From the IMG/VR virus record IMGVR_UViG_3300045988_177154, positions 128,001-192,000 of that record: a DNA stretch of 64,000 nt; one strand, written 5' to 3'. A model generated the notes under the pieces. The model searched no databases. It was not told the origin of the DNA and saw only the letters and a list, made by a program, of their open reading frames with translations. This stretch comes from a virus. Both the position numbers and the translations under genes were made by a program. This document shows positions 46,400 through 55,840 of this stretch, piece by piece; within the stretch, counting starts at the first letter, position 1; each line of letters starts with the position of its first letter.

Positions 46400-46418
46400 G
46401 GAATAATATAACTATAAG
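46400..46418 (+). promoter_or_regulatory. Conserved box GGAATAATATAACTATAAG (copy f)
   Basis: Exact 19-mer 25 nt upstream of the ATG at 46443, in a divergent intergenic region. Confidence 0.55.
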
Positions 46419-46442
46419 AAGATTTTTAAAAAGAGGTTCAAG

Positions 46443-46922
46443 ATGAACAAAAAATACTATGAAATTCAAGATTTTAGTATCTTTAATAAAGACAAAATCA
46501 AAGAAGTTATTTTTGAAGTAGCAGGTATTAAAATTGAAACTTCATTTAGTCGTGATGAAATTGAAAATATTTATGCTCAAGGATATGTATGTAAACAAGG
46601 CTTTGAAGATTTAGACATTGTATTAGAGCCTGAATATAGAATAGTCGATTTAATTTTTGTAGCTAGAAAAGATTTCTCAATGATACCAAATGAGGAATTA
46701 GAATGGATGGTTACTAAATTTGAAGCTAATGAAGATTATCTAATGACTGTTAAGTTAATAAATGATGAAGTTTACACTTTCCAAATCAGCACTCCACAAA
46801 TGAAGAGTATTAAATCTTTACATTGTATTACTCTCACTGATACAAGTGGTGGGAAACGATTTGTAGCTGAAGCTCGAAAGGGTAATTATGATACTTCACA
46901 AATGGAAGTTAAATTTGTTTAA
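46443..46922 (+). CDS. Hypothetical protein
   Basis: 159-aa ORF with an AAGAGG RBS. Terminator AAAGGAGTT...AACTCCTTTTTT follows. Confidence 0.6.
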   Translation: MNKKYYEIQDFSIFNKDKIKEVIFEVAGIKIETSFSRDEIENIYAQGYVCKQGFEDLDIVLEPEYRIVDLIFVARKDFSMIPNEELEWMVTKFEANEDYLMTVKLINDEVYTFQISTPQMKSIKSLHCITLTDTSGGKRFVAEARKGNYDTSQMEVKFV

Positions 46923-46990
46923 AAAGGAGTTGTTAAAACTCCTTTTTTGTTGTATAATATGACTATCACAAAAAAGAAAAGAGAAAATTT

Positions 46991-47275
46991 ATGAAGCGAG
47001 TATGGAAATCAAATATCCAACCATGCCCATGGAGTCCTACCGGAACAATTGATGTGGGCCAAAAAGTTAATATTGAAGTAGAAGAAGTAAAACGTGTAGT
47101 TCTAACTGAAAATGATTTACACTTTTATCCAACACAAGAGCAATTGAAAACTATTGAATTTGTTGCTCCTAAAGAAGTTTATGATAAATTATTCCACGCT
47201 TATTACAATTTGCGTGAAATCACAAAAAGTGGAAGAGTTAAAGATAGCAAGCTAATGCTTAAATGCTTAGATTAG
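46991..47275 (+). CDS. Hypothetical protein
   Basis: 94-aa ORF. Confidence 0.55.
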   Translation: MKRVWKSNIQPCPWSPTGTIDVGQKVNIEVEEVKRVVLTENDLHFYPTQEQLKTIEFVAPKEVYDKLFHAYYNLREITKSGRVKDSKLMLKCLD

Positions 47276-47285
47276 GAGTAGAAGA

Positions 47286-48092
47286 ATGGAAAACTATTCA
47301 AGTAACAAAGATATATACATTAAAAGAATGAATCAAACGGCTAAATCTAAATTTGCTGTTGTTGAGCCTTATTTATCAAAAGGTATGAAAATTCTTGATT
47401 TTGGCTCAGGTATTTCACCTGAATTTATTTCAGATGTAGACTCATCTGGTGCTGAATATTATGCTTATGATATTTCTAAAACAGTTCAAACAGAATTGGC
47501 AAGTATGGGTGTAAATGTTATCACACAAGAAGATTTAACTAATAAAAAAGTAAAATTTGATGTTATTTATCTATCTAGTGTATTCCATGAAATCATCAGT
47601 TATCTAAATCGTCAAGAACGAACAGAAACAATTGCTATGATTATTAACAATTTAAAATCTGGCGGTTATCTAGTAATTCGTGACTGGGCTAATCCCAATA
47701 ATGACAGCAACTTCAAAATTCAAACTGTTTCTAAACAGGCTGAAGAAGAAATGAATATTTGGATTAAAGAGCTCAAAAAAAATTCTATCATTGATAACGA
47801 TTGTCATAAGCTTGTGGATGGCTCAATTTTAACAAGTTGTACAAATGCTTATGAAATCATTTTCCATACTGTATGGGGCTTAAAATCATTAAGCCGTGAA
47901 TCAAAAGAACAATATAATGTTGAAGAAAGCATTGAGAAATGGATTTATAACCCTTGGGAAAAAGAGTTAAAGCTCCAAACTGTTTATTATGAAACTGATG
48001 AAACTTATTTACCTCATTTACAAAAATACTTTAAATCAGATGAAGTTCCATTTGAAACTAAATCAATTCATATTTTCCAAAAAAATAAATAA
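47286..48092 (+). CDS. Class I SAM-dependent methyltransferase
   Basis: Motif I MKILDFGSGISPE, acidic loop YAYDIS, DVIYLSSVFHEI, GGYLVIRD. Confidence 0.7.
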   Translation: MENYSSNKDIYIKRMNQTAKSKFAVVEPYLSKGMKILDFGSGISPEFISDVDSSGAEYYAYDISKTVQTELASMGVNVITQEDLTNKKVKFDVIYLSSVFHEIISYLNRQERTETIAMIINNLKSGGYLVIRDWANPNNDSNFKIQTVSKQAEEEMNIWIKELKKNSIIDNDCHKLVDGSILTSCTNAYEIIFHTVWGLKSLSRESKEQYNVEESIEKWIYNPWEKELKLQTVYYETDETYLPHLQKYFKSDEVPFETKSIHIFQKNK

Positions 48093-48098
48093 AATCTA

Positions 48099-48127
48099 TT
48101 GACTTTAATTTTTGATTATGATAGAAT
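48099..48127 (+). promoter_or_regulatory. Sigma-70-type promoter of the first RNA cluster
   Basis: TTGACT, 17-nt spacer, TAGAAT. No ORF with an RBS follows. Confidence 0.6.
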
Positions 48128-48151
48128 AACTATTGTAAGATAGTTTAAGCA

Positions 48152-48277
48152 TTTGTCAGAACAAGACTTCAAATCCGTACTTGCACCACTACGTACAAAG
48201 CAATCATAAGACCAGTTCATAAGAGTGGATATGAACTACTAAAAGACAGAATGTTAGTTCGATTCTGACAAAAGACT
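48152..48277 (+). ncRNA. tRNA-like element E1 (unresolved, no complete cloverleaf)
   Basis: Canonical T-arm GTTAG-TTCGATT-CTGAC at 48253-48269 with no matching 5' acceptor strand. Instead a perfect 10-bp long-range stem TTTGTCAGAA (48152-61) / TTCTGACAAA (48263-72). Shares GAATGT.GTTCGATTC and TTC.AAATCC blocks with E2. Confidence 0.25.
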
Positions 48278-48379
48278 TGTTAATATTTCTTATCATTTGG
48301 CTTAAAGAAGTTTTACAAGGTGACGATGGTTTGGTTCTGAAAAGGCAAAAGGGTTACAATGCCGTTTCTTTTTATTTTT

Positions 48380-48453
48380 GGACCATTAGCTCAATTGGTC
48401 AGAGCACCCGGCTCATAACCGGATGGTTGCAGGTTCGAACCCTGCATGGTCCA
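48380..48453 (+). tRNA. tRNA with CAT anticodon (elongator Met, or Ile2 if lysidinylated)
   Basis: Hand-folded cloverleaf: acceptor GGACCAT/ATGGTCC, D-arm GCTC-AATTGGTCA-GAGC, anticodon loop CTCATAA, T-arm GCAGG-TTCGAAC-CCTGC. No encoded CCA. Confidence 0.85.
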
Positions 48454-48588
48454 TTCCTAGTTTGGCATATAGTCGACTATGCTAATATTGGTAGGGCCCG
48501 TTAGTGACCCCATATTGAGTTCTAAATCCAGTAACGTAACGGACGATAGTTCTGAATATGAATGTAGGTTCGATTCCTATCTAGGAAA
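48454..48588 (+). ncRNA. tRNA-like element E2, ~134 nt (too long for a canonical tRNA)
   Basis: Starts directly after the Met tRNA. Perfect 7-bp acceptor-type stem TTCCTAG/CTAGGAA, canonical T-arm GTAGG-TTCGATT-CCTAT, 6-bp D-like stem GGCATA/TATGCT. About 78 nt lie where a 17-nt anticodon arm plus variable loop belongs, and I could not fold a clean anticodon arm. Confidence 0.3.
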
Positions 48589-48617
48589 TAAAAATTTAAA
48601 TTTTTTAAATTTTTCTA

Positions 48618-48647
48618 TTGACTTTGCTTAAAATTGTGATATAATAA
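48618..48647 (+). promoter_or_regulatory. Sigma-70-type promoter of the second RNA cluster
   Basis: TTGACT, 18-nt spacer including a TG, TATAAT. Confidence 0.6.
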
Positions 48648-48693
48648 TATTATCGGATATGACAAAAGCATCTAAATGATGCTCCTTTCTTAT

Positions 48694-48767
48694 GGCCTGC
48701 TAGCTCAATTGGATAGAGCACACGCCTTCTAAGCGTGCGGTTATAGGTTCGAATCCTATGTGGGCCA
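48694..48767 (+). tRNA. tRNA-Arg (TCT)
   Basis: Acceptor GGCCTGC/GTGGGCC, D-arm GCTC-AATTGGATA-GAGC, anticodon arm CACGC-CTTCTAA-GCGTG, T-arm ATAGG-TTCGAAT-CCTAT. No encoded CCA. Confidence 0.85.
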
Positions 48768-49144
48768 TTACTTAGACTCGGACAGCTATCTCATTTAATA
48801 TAGGAAAAATACATTAAAGATACAGTCACCAATTTTTTAAAACAATTTTAAAACGAATTTACGAGTCTAGAATTTAGGAACGAACAGCAATCCTTTTCTA
48901 AACAACTATTAAAGCTAAATAATAATTTGAAATGAAAAAGAGAGTTCCTAGTTTGATTTAAGGGGTTTCTTGTGAAGTTAAATTAGTTCAAAACTAATAA
49001 CTCCTATAAAGCGGGGCCTTTGATTTCCCCCGCTTGAAAATCACTAAAAATAAATGCTCCTAAGAATTTATTTTTTGTTTTTTTCGTTTCTTTTCATTTC
49101 ATTCCGCTTGGGTAATACTTCCTCCTGTTACCCAAGTACATTAT

Positions 49145-49215
49145 TACGGGTTAGTGAAAAGGTATCACATAGGGCTCATTACCCTAAATTGGGGGTTCGA
49201 ATCCCTCGCCCGCAA
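49145..49215 (+). tRNA. Atypical tRNA with CAT anticodon (initiator-like anticodon stem)
   Basis: Acceptor TACGGGT/GCCCGCA with an A2xC71 mismatch. D-arm GTGA-AAAGGTA-TCAC. Anticodon arm TAGGG-CTCATTA-CCCTA has three G:C pairs next to the loop and T at position 37. T-arm GGGGG-TTCGAAT-CCCTC. Confidence 0.6.
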
Positions 49216-49240
49216 TTTCCATTGGCTACCACCGACAAAA

Positions 49241-49294
49241 AGCTCACTAATTCCAATCATAAAGATTGAAAATTAGTGAGCTTGGTGTTTTTTA
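49241..49294 (+). terminator. Rho-independent terminator of the RNA cluster
   Basis: 12-bp stem AGCTCACTAATT / AATTAGTGAGCT followed by a T-run. Confidence 0.8.
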
Positions 49295-49317
49295 TAAACA
49301 TGAAAGAAGGTTAATAA

Positions 49318-50424
49318 ATGAAATATAGTTACTCATACTATAATGAAGAAGATTTTGATACTTATGTTAAACAATTTGATAATTATTCTTTGCTTCAAAG
49401 TAGAGAATGGGGTGCAGTAAAAAGCCCTATATGGAAAAATAAAAAAGTTTTATTCTATGAAAATGAAAAAGTAGTAGGAACTGCCCTAATTCTTATTAGA
49501 GAAATTGCTTTTCATAAAAACTTTATCTACATTCCTTATGGGCCGCTTTTTGATTATTCTAATAAAGAATTATTTAACTTTGTAACAGAAAGCTTAAAGA
49601 AAATTGCTAAAGAAAATAAAGCAATTTTTGTAAAAGTAGTTCCACCTGTATTTGATGATAATTCTATTAGTGTCGATTTCAAAATTAACGGTTGGGTAGA
49701 AAATGTTACTGAAAAATCTTTTGATTCTATTCAACCAAAATTAAATGCTGTAATTAAAGATTTCAAAATGAGTAAAAGAATGAAACAAGAAAGACGAACA
49801 ACAGAAAATAAAAATGTACATTCTGTTTATTCTATTGACACTGAAGCTTCTTTTGAAACATTATTACATGATTTTTATTCTTTGACTAAATTAACTGAAA
49901 AAAGACAAGGTATTAAATTAAGAAATAAAGATTATTTCAGACAATTACTATATAGATACCCAAATTCATTCATTACTGTTTCTTATATTGATAAGGAAAA
50001 ACAAATTGCTAAATTAAATGAAGAATATAATAAATCAAATAGTGAAAAAGCTAAACAAGAATTAGAAAAACTTAAACATAATCAAGCTAAAAACATTCCG
50101 ATTTCAGGCACTCTTACTGTAATTTATGGAGATACGGCAGAATTACTCTATGCGGGATTTGACGATAATTTCAAATCATATAATTCTGCTTCTTATTCTT
50201 GGAGTAATTCTATTATGAAAGCTTTTGAGCTTAATCCTAATCTTAAATATGTAAATTTAGGTGGAGTAGAAAATGATGGGCACTTGCTAAACTTTAAAAA
50301 GAAATTCCACCCAGAGATTAGAACTTCTTGTAATGAATTTGATTTACCAATTAGTCCTTTATACTATTTATTCAAATTTGCTCTAAAACATAAGAAACTT
50401 ATTCTCAAATTTATCAAAAAATAA
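49318..50424 (+). CDS. FemAB/MurM-family aminoacyl-tRNA-dependent peptidoglycan peptidyltransferase
   Basis: LLQSREWGAVK, YIPYGPLFDYS, AIFVKVVPP, a coiled-coil insert (EKQIAKLNEEYNKSNSEKAKQELEKLK), then GTLTVIYGDTAELLYAGFDD and YVNLGGV. This is the FemABX layout. Confidence 0.7.
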   Translation: MKYSYSYYNEEDFDTYVKQFDNYSLLQSREWGAVKSPIWKNKKVLFYENEKVVGTALILIREIAFHKNFIYIPYGPLFDYSNKELFNFVTESLKKIAKENKAIFVKVVPPVFDDNSISVDFKINGWVENVTEKSFDSIQPKLNAVIKDFKMSKRMKQERRTTENKNVHSVYSIDTEASFETLLHDFYSLTKLTEKRQGIKLRNKDYFRQLLYRYPNSFITVSYIDKEKQIAKLNEEYNKSNSEKAKQELEKLKHNQAKNIPISGTLTVIYGDTAELLYAGFDDNFKSYNSASYSWSNSIMKAFELNPNLKYVNLGGVENDGHLLNFKKKFHPEIRTSCNEFDLPISPLYYLFKFALKHKKLILKFIKK

Positions 50425-50563
50425 AATTACTTGATATAATATATAAAGAGGGGTTAACTACTACTCTTCTTTATATATTGATTGTCAATAAATTTAATCT
50501 TAATGGTTGCAAAATAAATTTATTTTTGATACAATATTTAAAATGATATTTTATAAACTTTTT

Positions 50564-50652
50564 GGAGAGGTACTCAAGTCTGGTTAAGAGGACGGTTTGC
50601 TAAGCCGTTAGGTCGTTAATTCGGCGCGTGGGTTCGAATCCCATCCTCTCCA
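50564..50652 (+). tRNA. tRNA-Ser (GCT), type II with a long variable arm
   Basis: Acceptor GGAGAGG/CCTCTCC, anticodon arm ACGGT-TTGCTAA-GCCGT, 19-nt variable arm, T-arm GTGGG-TTCGAAT-CCCAT. Discriminator is A. No encoded CCA. Confidence 0.85.
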
Positions 50653-50696
50653 TATTTTATACATTAAAAAACTTTCAATAAGAAAGGAGCATAACT

Positions 50697-52611
<1,915 letters not shown>

Positions 52612-52640
52612 GAAAGCAGATTTATTGCTTTCCTTTCTTT

Positions 52641-52750
52641 GCATAAAACGCAGTTTAGGACAGCTAGAGAACAGCTAATAAAATCATATACAAACTAACA
52701 TAAGTATTGCTCAAACAGCTTAGGAACAAACTACTGCTGTCTGAGTGCAA
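52641..52750. repeat. IGR-120 intergenic repeat, copy R8 (degenerate, mixed orientation)
   Basis: CAAACAGCTTAGG (reverse word) followed by ACTGCTGTCTGAG (the forward start seen in R4 and R10). Follows the rmlB terminator. Confidence 0.5.
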
Positions 52751-52771
52751 AATAGAAAGGGTTTTTAACTT

Positions 52772-53812
52772 ATGAATGAAGTAATTATACCAATCACACC
52801 AATTATGAAATTAAAAGCTTTTAATCAAGCAACTTTTATGAAAAATAGAAGTGGTAATAAAATCCAACAATACGGAAAAGATTATAGTAATTCAAGTGAG
52901 GAACAATCTTTTAATAATACCATTGTTGGTGAATTAGGAGAATTAGCTTTTAGAGAATATTTGAAAGATAATAATTTATATTACACTGATGATGAAAGAG
53001 AGTTAATTAACAAAGGGCATGATTACAATTCCCCTACCAAAAAATCTGATATGGGTGATTTCTTTTGTAGTAAAACTCAAGAAAGCATAGATTTAAAAAC
53101 AAACCATCTTTCATCAGGTAAGAATATTCTGATTAAGAAATGGGTACATGAATGGCGACCTATTGATTTCTATGTAAGTCTTTCAATTTATCCATTAAAT
53201 AGCTGTAAGTCAGAGTTTGATTTAAACAAAGTTACTCATGCAGTAATTCATGGTTATGTTTCAGGTGAGGAGTTTATGAAGAATGGGACTCAAATTACTG
53301 CTAAAGGATTTGGCTATCCTAGATATAAATTAAGACCTTTTTCAGAGTTATTCCCTAGATTTTATAAAACAAATGAATTACCAGTAACAAAAGAACAAAA
53401 GACTATTACTTTAGATGAATATAAAGAGCTTAACAAGCAAGAAAATATTGTAAATATATTCTTTACAGATAGTGTTCAATCTATTACTCATTGGGATATG
53501 AAATATGTATTAGACGAGCAACAAAGATTAGAAATTACTGTTTATAAGAATATAAAGCATTATGATAGGCACAAAAAGATAAAAATAAACAATAGAAATA
53601 TTTTTTGTACTATTATAAATAAAGATAATACTATTGATGTACAAATGTTAATTAGAGCTTTGCGAAGAACTTCTGCTATGGCTGAATTAAACGGGTACAA
53701 ATTAGTTATTCCTTGGTACAAATTAAAAGAAATTGTAGACCCTTATGACTTAGAATTAGTCGATTATTACTTGAAAGATTTTTCATGGATAAAGGTTGAT
53801 ATAGAGAACTAA
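52772..53812 (+). CDS. Hypothetical protein with a possible N-terminal PD-(D/E)xK nuclease fold
   Basis: GELGELAFREYL...MGDFF...QESIDLKT could supply E / D / (D/E)xK residues. By-eye evidence only. Confidence 0.35.
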   Translation: MNEVIIPITPIMKLKAFNQATFMKNRSGNKIQQYGKDYSNSSEEQSFNNTIVGELGELAFREYLKDNNLYYTDDERELINKGHDYNSPTKKSDMGDFFCSKTQESIDLKTNHLSSGKNILIKKWVHEWRPIDFYVSLSIYPLNSCKSEFDLNKVTHAVIHGYVSGEEFMKNGTQITAKGFGYPRYKLRPFSELFPRFYKTNELPVTKEQKTITLDEYKELNKQENIVNIFFTDSVQSITHWDMKYVLDEQQRLEITVYKNIKHYDRHKKIKINNRNIFCTIINKDNTIDVQMLIRALRRTSAMAELNGYKLVIPWYKLKEIVDPYDLELVDYYLKDFSWIKVDIEN

Positions 53813-53825
53813 AAAGGAGTAAACA

Positions 53826-54635
53826 ATGGCTTATCATGTATCATCTAAAGGAATTTTGACTGTATGTAAAGCCCAACCAGGTAAATGCCCATTGGGTGGT
53901 AAACATTTTGAAAATGAATCCGCGGGAATGGAATACTTAGACAATCTAAATAACAAAGAAAGCTTAATCGAAAAATTCAAAAATGCTCCAACACCAGGTG
54001 CTAGAATAAGATTAAGAAAAGAAATTAGATTATTAAATCAAGCATTAGGCTTAGAAGATGATGCCGATATTCCAGCTCCTCAACCGTCAAAAGAACAACT
54101 AGAAAGAGAAAGACGAATTAAGGAAAGAGAAATAGAAGAAGCTAAAAAAGAAAAAGAAATGGCCGAGAACTTAAAAGAATTTGAAAATAAAGAGTTCTTA
54201 TCTATTCCAAAAAATATAGAAAATTTAAGAAGTAATTATTTATTTAAAGAAAATTATTTCTCTCGTCAAGCTATGTATAAATCAACTTATAGGGGCGAAC
54301 AGAGTAGAGAAAATAGAGACCATAATACAGGTACTGCTATGTATGGCCAAGGAAGATACTCTACTACAAATAGAAAATACGCTTCAAAATTTGGAGAAGT
54401 CAGAACCGTTGATTATGAAGAAATGCCATCTAAACCTCTATCATTCAAAAATGCGACTGCTTTTGAAATGTTTGAACAAGAACTTGCAAGAGAACATAAC
54501 ATAGATAAAAGGCATATGTACCGTAATCAAGATTTATCAGAAATTATTAAAAAGATGGGCTATAATGGAGTAACAATTGGGCCTAAATCGGATATGGTTA
54601 TTGTTTCTTATGAGACTAAAATGAAAAATACTTAA
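53826..54635 (+). CDS. CKN-module protein 4: N-terminal Cys/His module, E/K-rich linker, C-terminal domain with a possible R-S-E ADP-ribosyltransferase-like pattern
   Basis: MAYHVSSKGILTVCKAQPGKCPLGGKHFENE. The C-terminal domain has TYRG, RYSTTN and FEQE in the order expected for R / STS / ExE, but the R-to-S spacing is short. Confidence 0.6.
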   Translation: MAYHVSSKGILTVCKAQPGKCPLGGKHFENESAGMEYLDNLNNKESLIEKFKNAPTPGARIRLRKEIRLLNQALGLEDDADIPAPQPSKEQLERERRIKEREIEEAKKEKEMAENLKEFENKEFLSIPKNIENLRSNYLFKENYFSRQAMYKSTYRGEQSRENRDHNTGTAMYGQGRYSTTNRKYASKFGEVRTVDYEEMPSKPLSFKNATAFEMFEQELAREHNIDKRHMYRNQDLSEIIKKMGYNGVTIGPKSDMVIVSYETKMKNT

Positions 54636-54689
54636 ATATAAATTAAAAGTTATTTAGCTTATCCTAAATAACTTTTTTATATTTAGAAA

Positions 54690-54790
54690 GGAGTCTAAGC
54701 TGTTTTATATATAGGCAATAAAAACTATCATATATTACCGTAAACTGTCTTAGCTGCTGTTTTAACAACAGCTAATATGATTTTAAAGTA
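54690..54790 (+). repeat. IGR-120 intergenic repeat, copy R9 (forward, divergent)
   Basis: GTCTAAGCTGTTTTAT, AAACTGTCTTAGCTGCTGTTTTAACAACAGC. Confidence 0.6.
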
Positions 54791-54890
54791 ACACCTTATC
54801 TTTATTAAATATTGATAGTTTAACTATAATATAAAAACCTAAAATAAAAGAATAATATAAATAAAAGAAGAAATTTAAAAGGAGTACAAA

Positions 54891-55835
54891 TTGGATAATA
54901 AATATGATGTAATTATTATTGGTGGTGGCCCTGCTGGATTAAGTGCGGCTTTATACACTTCTAGAGCTAATTTAAAAGTTCTTGTTATTGAAAAGAATAT
55001 AATTGCTTCTCAATTGTACGAAACAGAACATATTGATAATTACTTAGGTAGTGTTTCCACAAAAGCGGCCGAATTAGCAGACAAAATGAGAGAAGATGGT
55101 GCTAAATTCGGAGCAGAATTAAAAGAATTTGAAAATGTAACTAAAATTAGTAAAGAAAATAATTTATATAAAGTAGAAACAACTGAAACTTATGACGAAA
55201 GTGTTCAAAACACTTATTATGCAAAAGCTGTTCTATTAGCAACAGGTACAGAACATAATCATTTAATTCTTGAGCAACATGATGAGTTATTAGGCATGGG
55301 AATTAGTTATTGTGCTACTTGTGATGGTGCTTTCTATGCTGGTAAGAATACAGCAGTAATTGGTGGCGGAGATAGTGCAATGGAATCAGCATTATTACTA
55401 TCTGAATTTGCTAATAAAGTTTATCTTTTAATTAGAGATAAAGTTAGAGCAAAATCACATTTACTTAAAATGGTTGAAGAAACAGAAAATATTGAAATTA
55501 TATATAATGAAGTAACAGAGCTTATTAGTGAAAACAATACTTTAAAAGCTGTTAAACTAAAAGATAATACGATTCTTGAAGTATCAGGTTTATTCCCTGC
55601 AATTGGAGCAAGCCCTAATACTAATTATATTGATTCTCTATATTTAAACAATGTTGAGAAATTCAATGATTATCTATTACCTGTTACCACCCATAACTTA
55701 TTAACGTATCATAATGGTAATGGATTGTTTATTGCTGGAGACTTGAAAAATCCAAAATATAGACAAGTTGCTATTGCAGTAGGAGAGGGGGCTTATGCAG
55801 CTTTAGAAATCTATGATTATCTAAAAGGAGTATAA
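54891..55835 (+). CDS. trxB: Thioredoxin reductase
   Basis: TTG start 7 nt after AGGAG. FAD motif DVIIIGGGPAGLSAALY, redox-active CATCDG, NADPH motif AVIGGGDSAMESA. Confidence 0.85.
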   Translation: MDNKYDVIIIGGGPAGLSAALYTSRANLKVLVIEKNIIASQLYETEHIDNYLGSVSTKAAELADKMREDGAKFGAELKEFENVTKISKENNLYKVETTETYDESVQNTYYAKAVLLATGTEHNHLILEQHDELLGMGISYCATCDGAFYAGKNTAVIGGGDSAMESALLLSEFANKVYLLIRDKVRAKSHLLKMVEETENIEIIYNEVTELISENNTLKAVKLKDNTILEVSGLFPAIGASPNTNYIDSLYLNNVEKFNDYLLPVTTHNLLTYHNGNGLFIAGDLKNPKYRQVAIAVGEGAYAALEIYDYLKGV

Positions 55836-55840
55836 GCTTC

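Noticed and set aside
48277-48504. ORF-track CDS 48277..48504 (75 aa) and 49054..49269 (71 aa).
   Set aside because: Both overlap well-folded tRNAs or hairpins (tRNA-CAT at 48380-48453 and tRNA-CAT at 49145-49215). They lack an RBS and sit in a promoter-to-terminator RNA cluster.
48161-48530. Suppressor tRNAs or stop-codon recoding: loops CTTCAAA (anticodon TCA, 48168-74) in E1 and TTCTAAA (anticodon CTA, 48520-26) in E2.
   Set aside because: I could not form 5-bp anticodon stems around either loop, getting at best 3 pairs plus wobbles. All protein genes in the window read through cleanly in the standard code, with TGG used for Trp and all three stops used. There is no in-window evidence for recoding. 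This should be re-examined with proper folding tools.
48454-48588. Group I intron inside tRNA-like element E2.
   Set aside because: The extra sequence is only about 60 nt. That is far below the size of bacterial tRNA group I introns, and no P-element pairings were recognisable.
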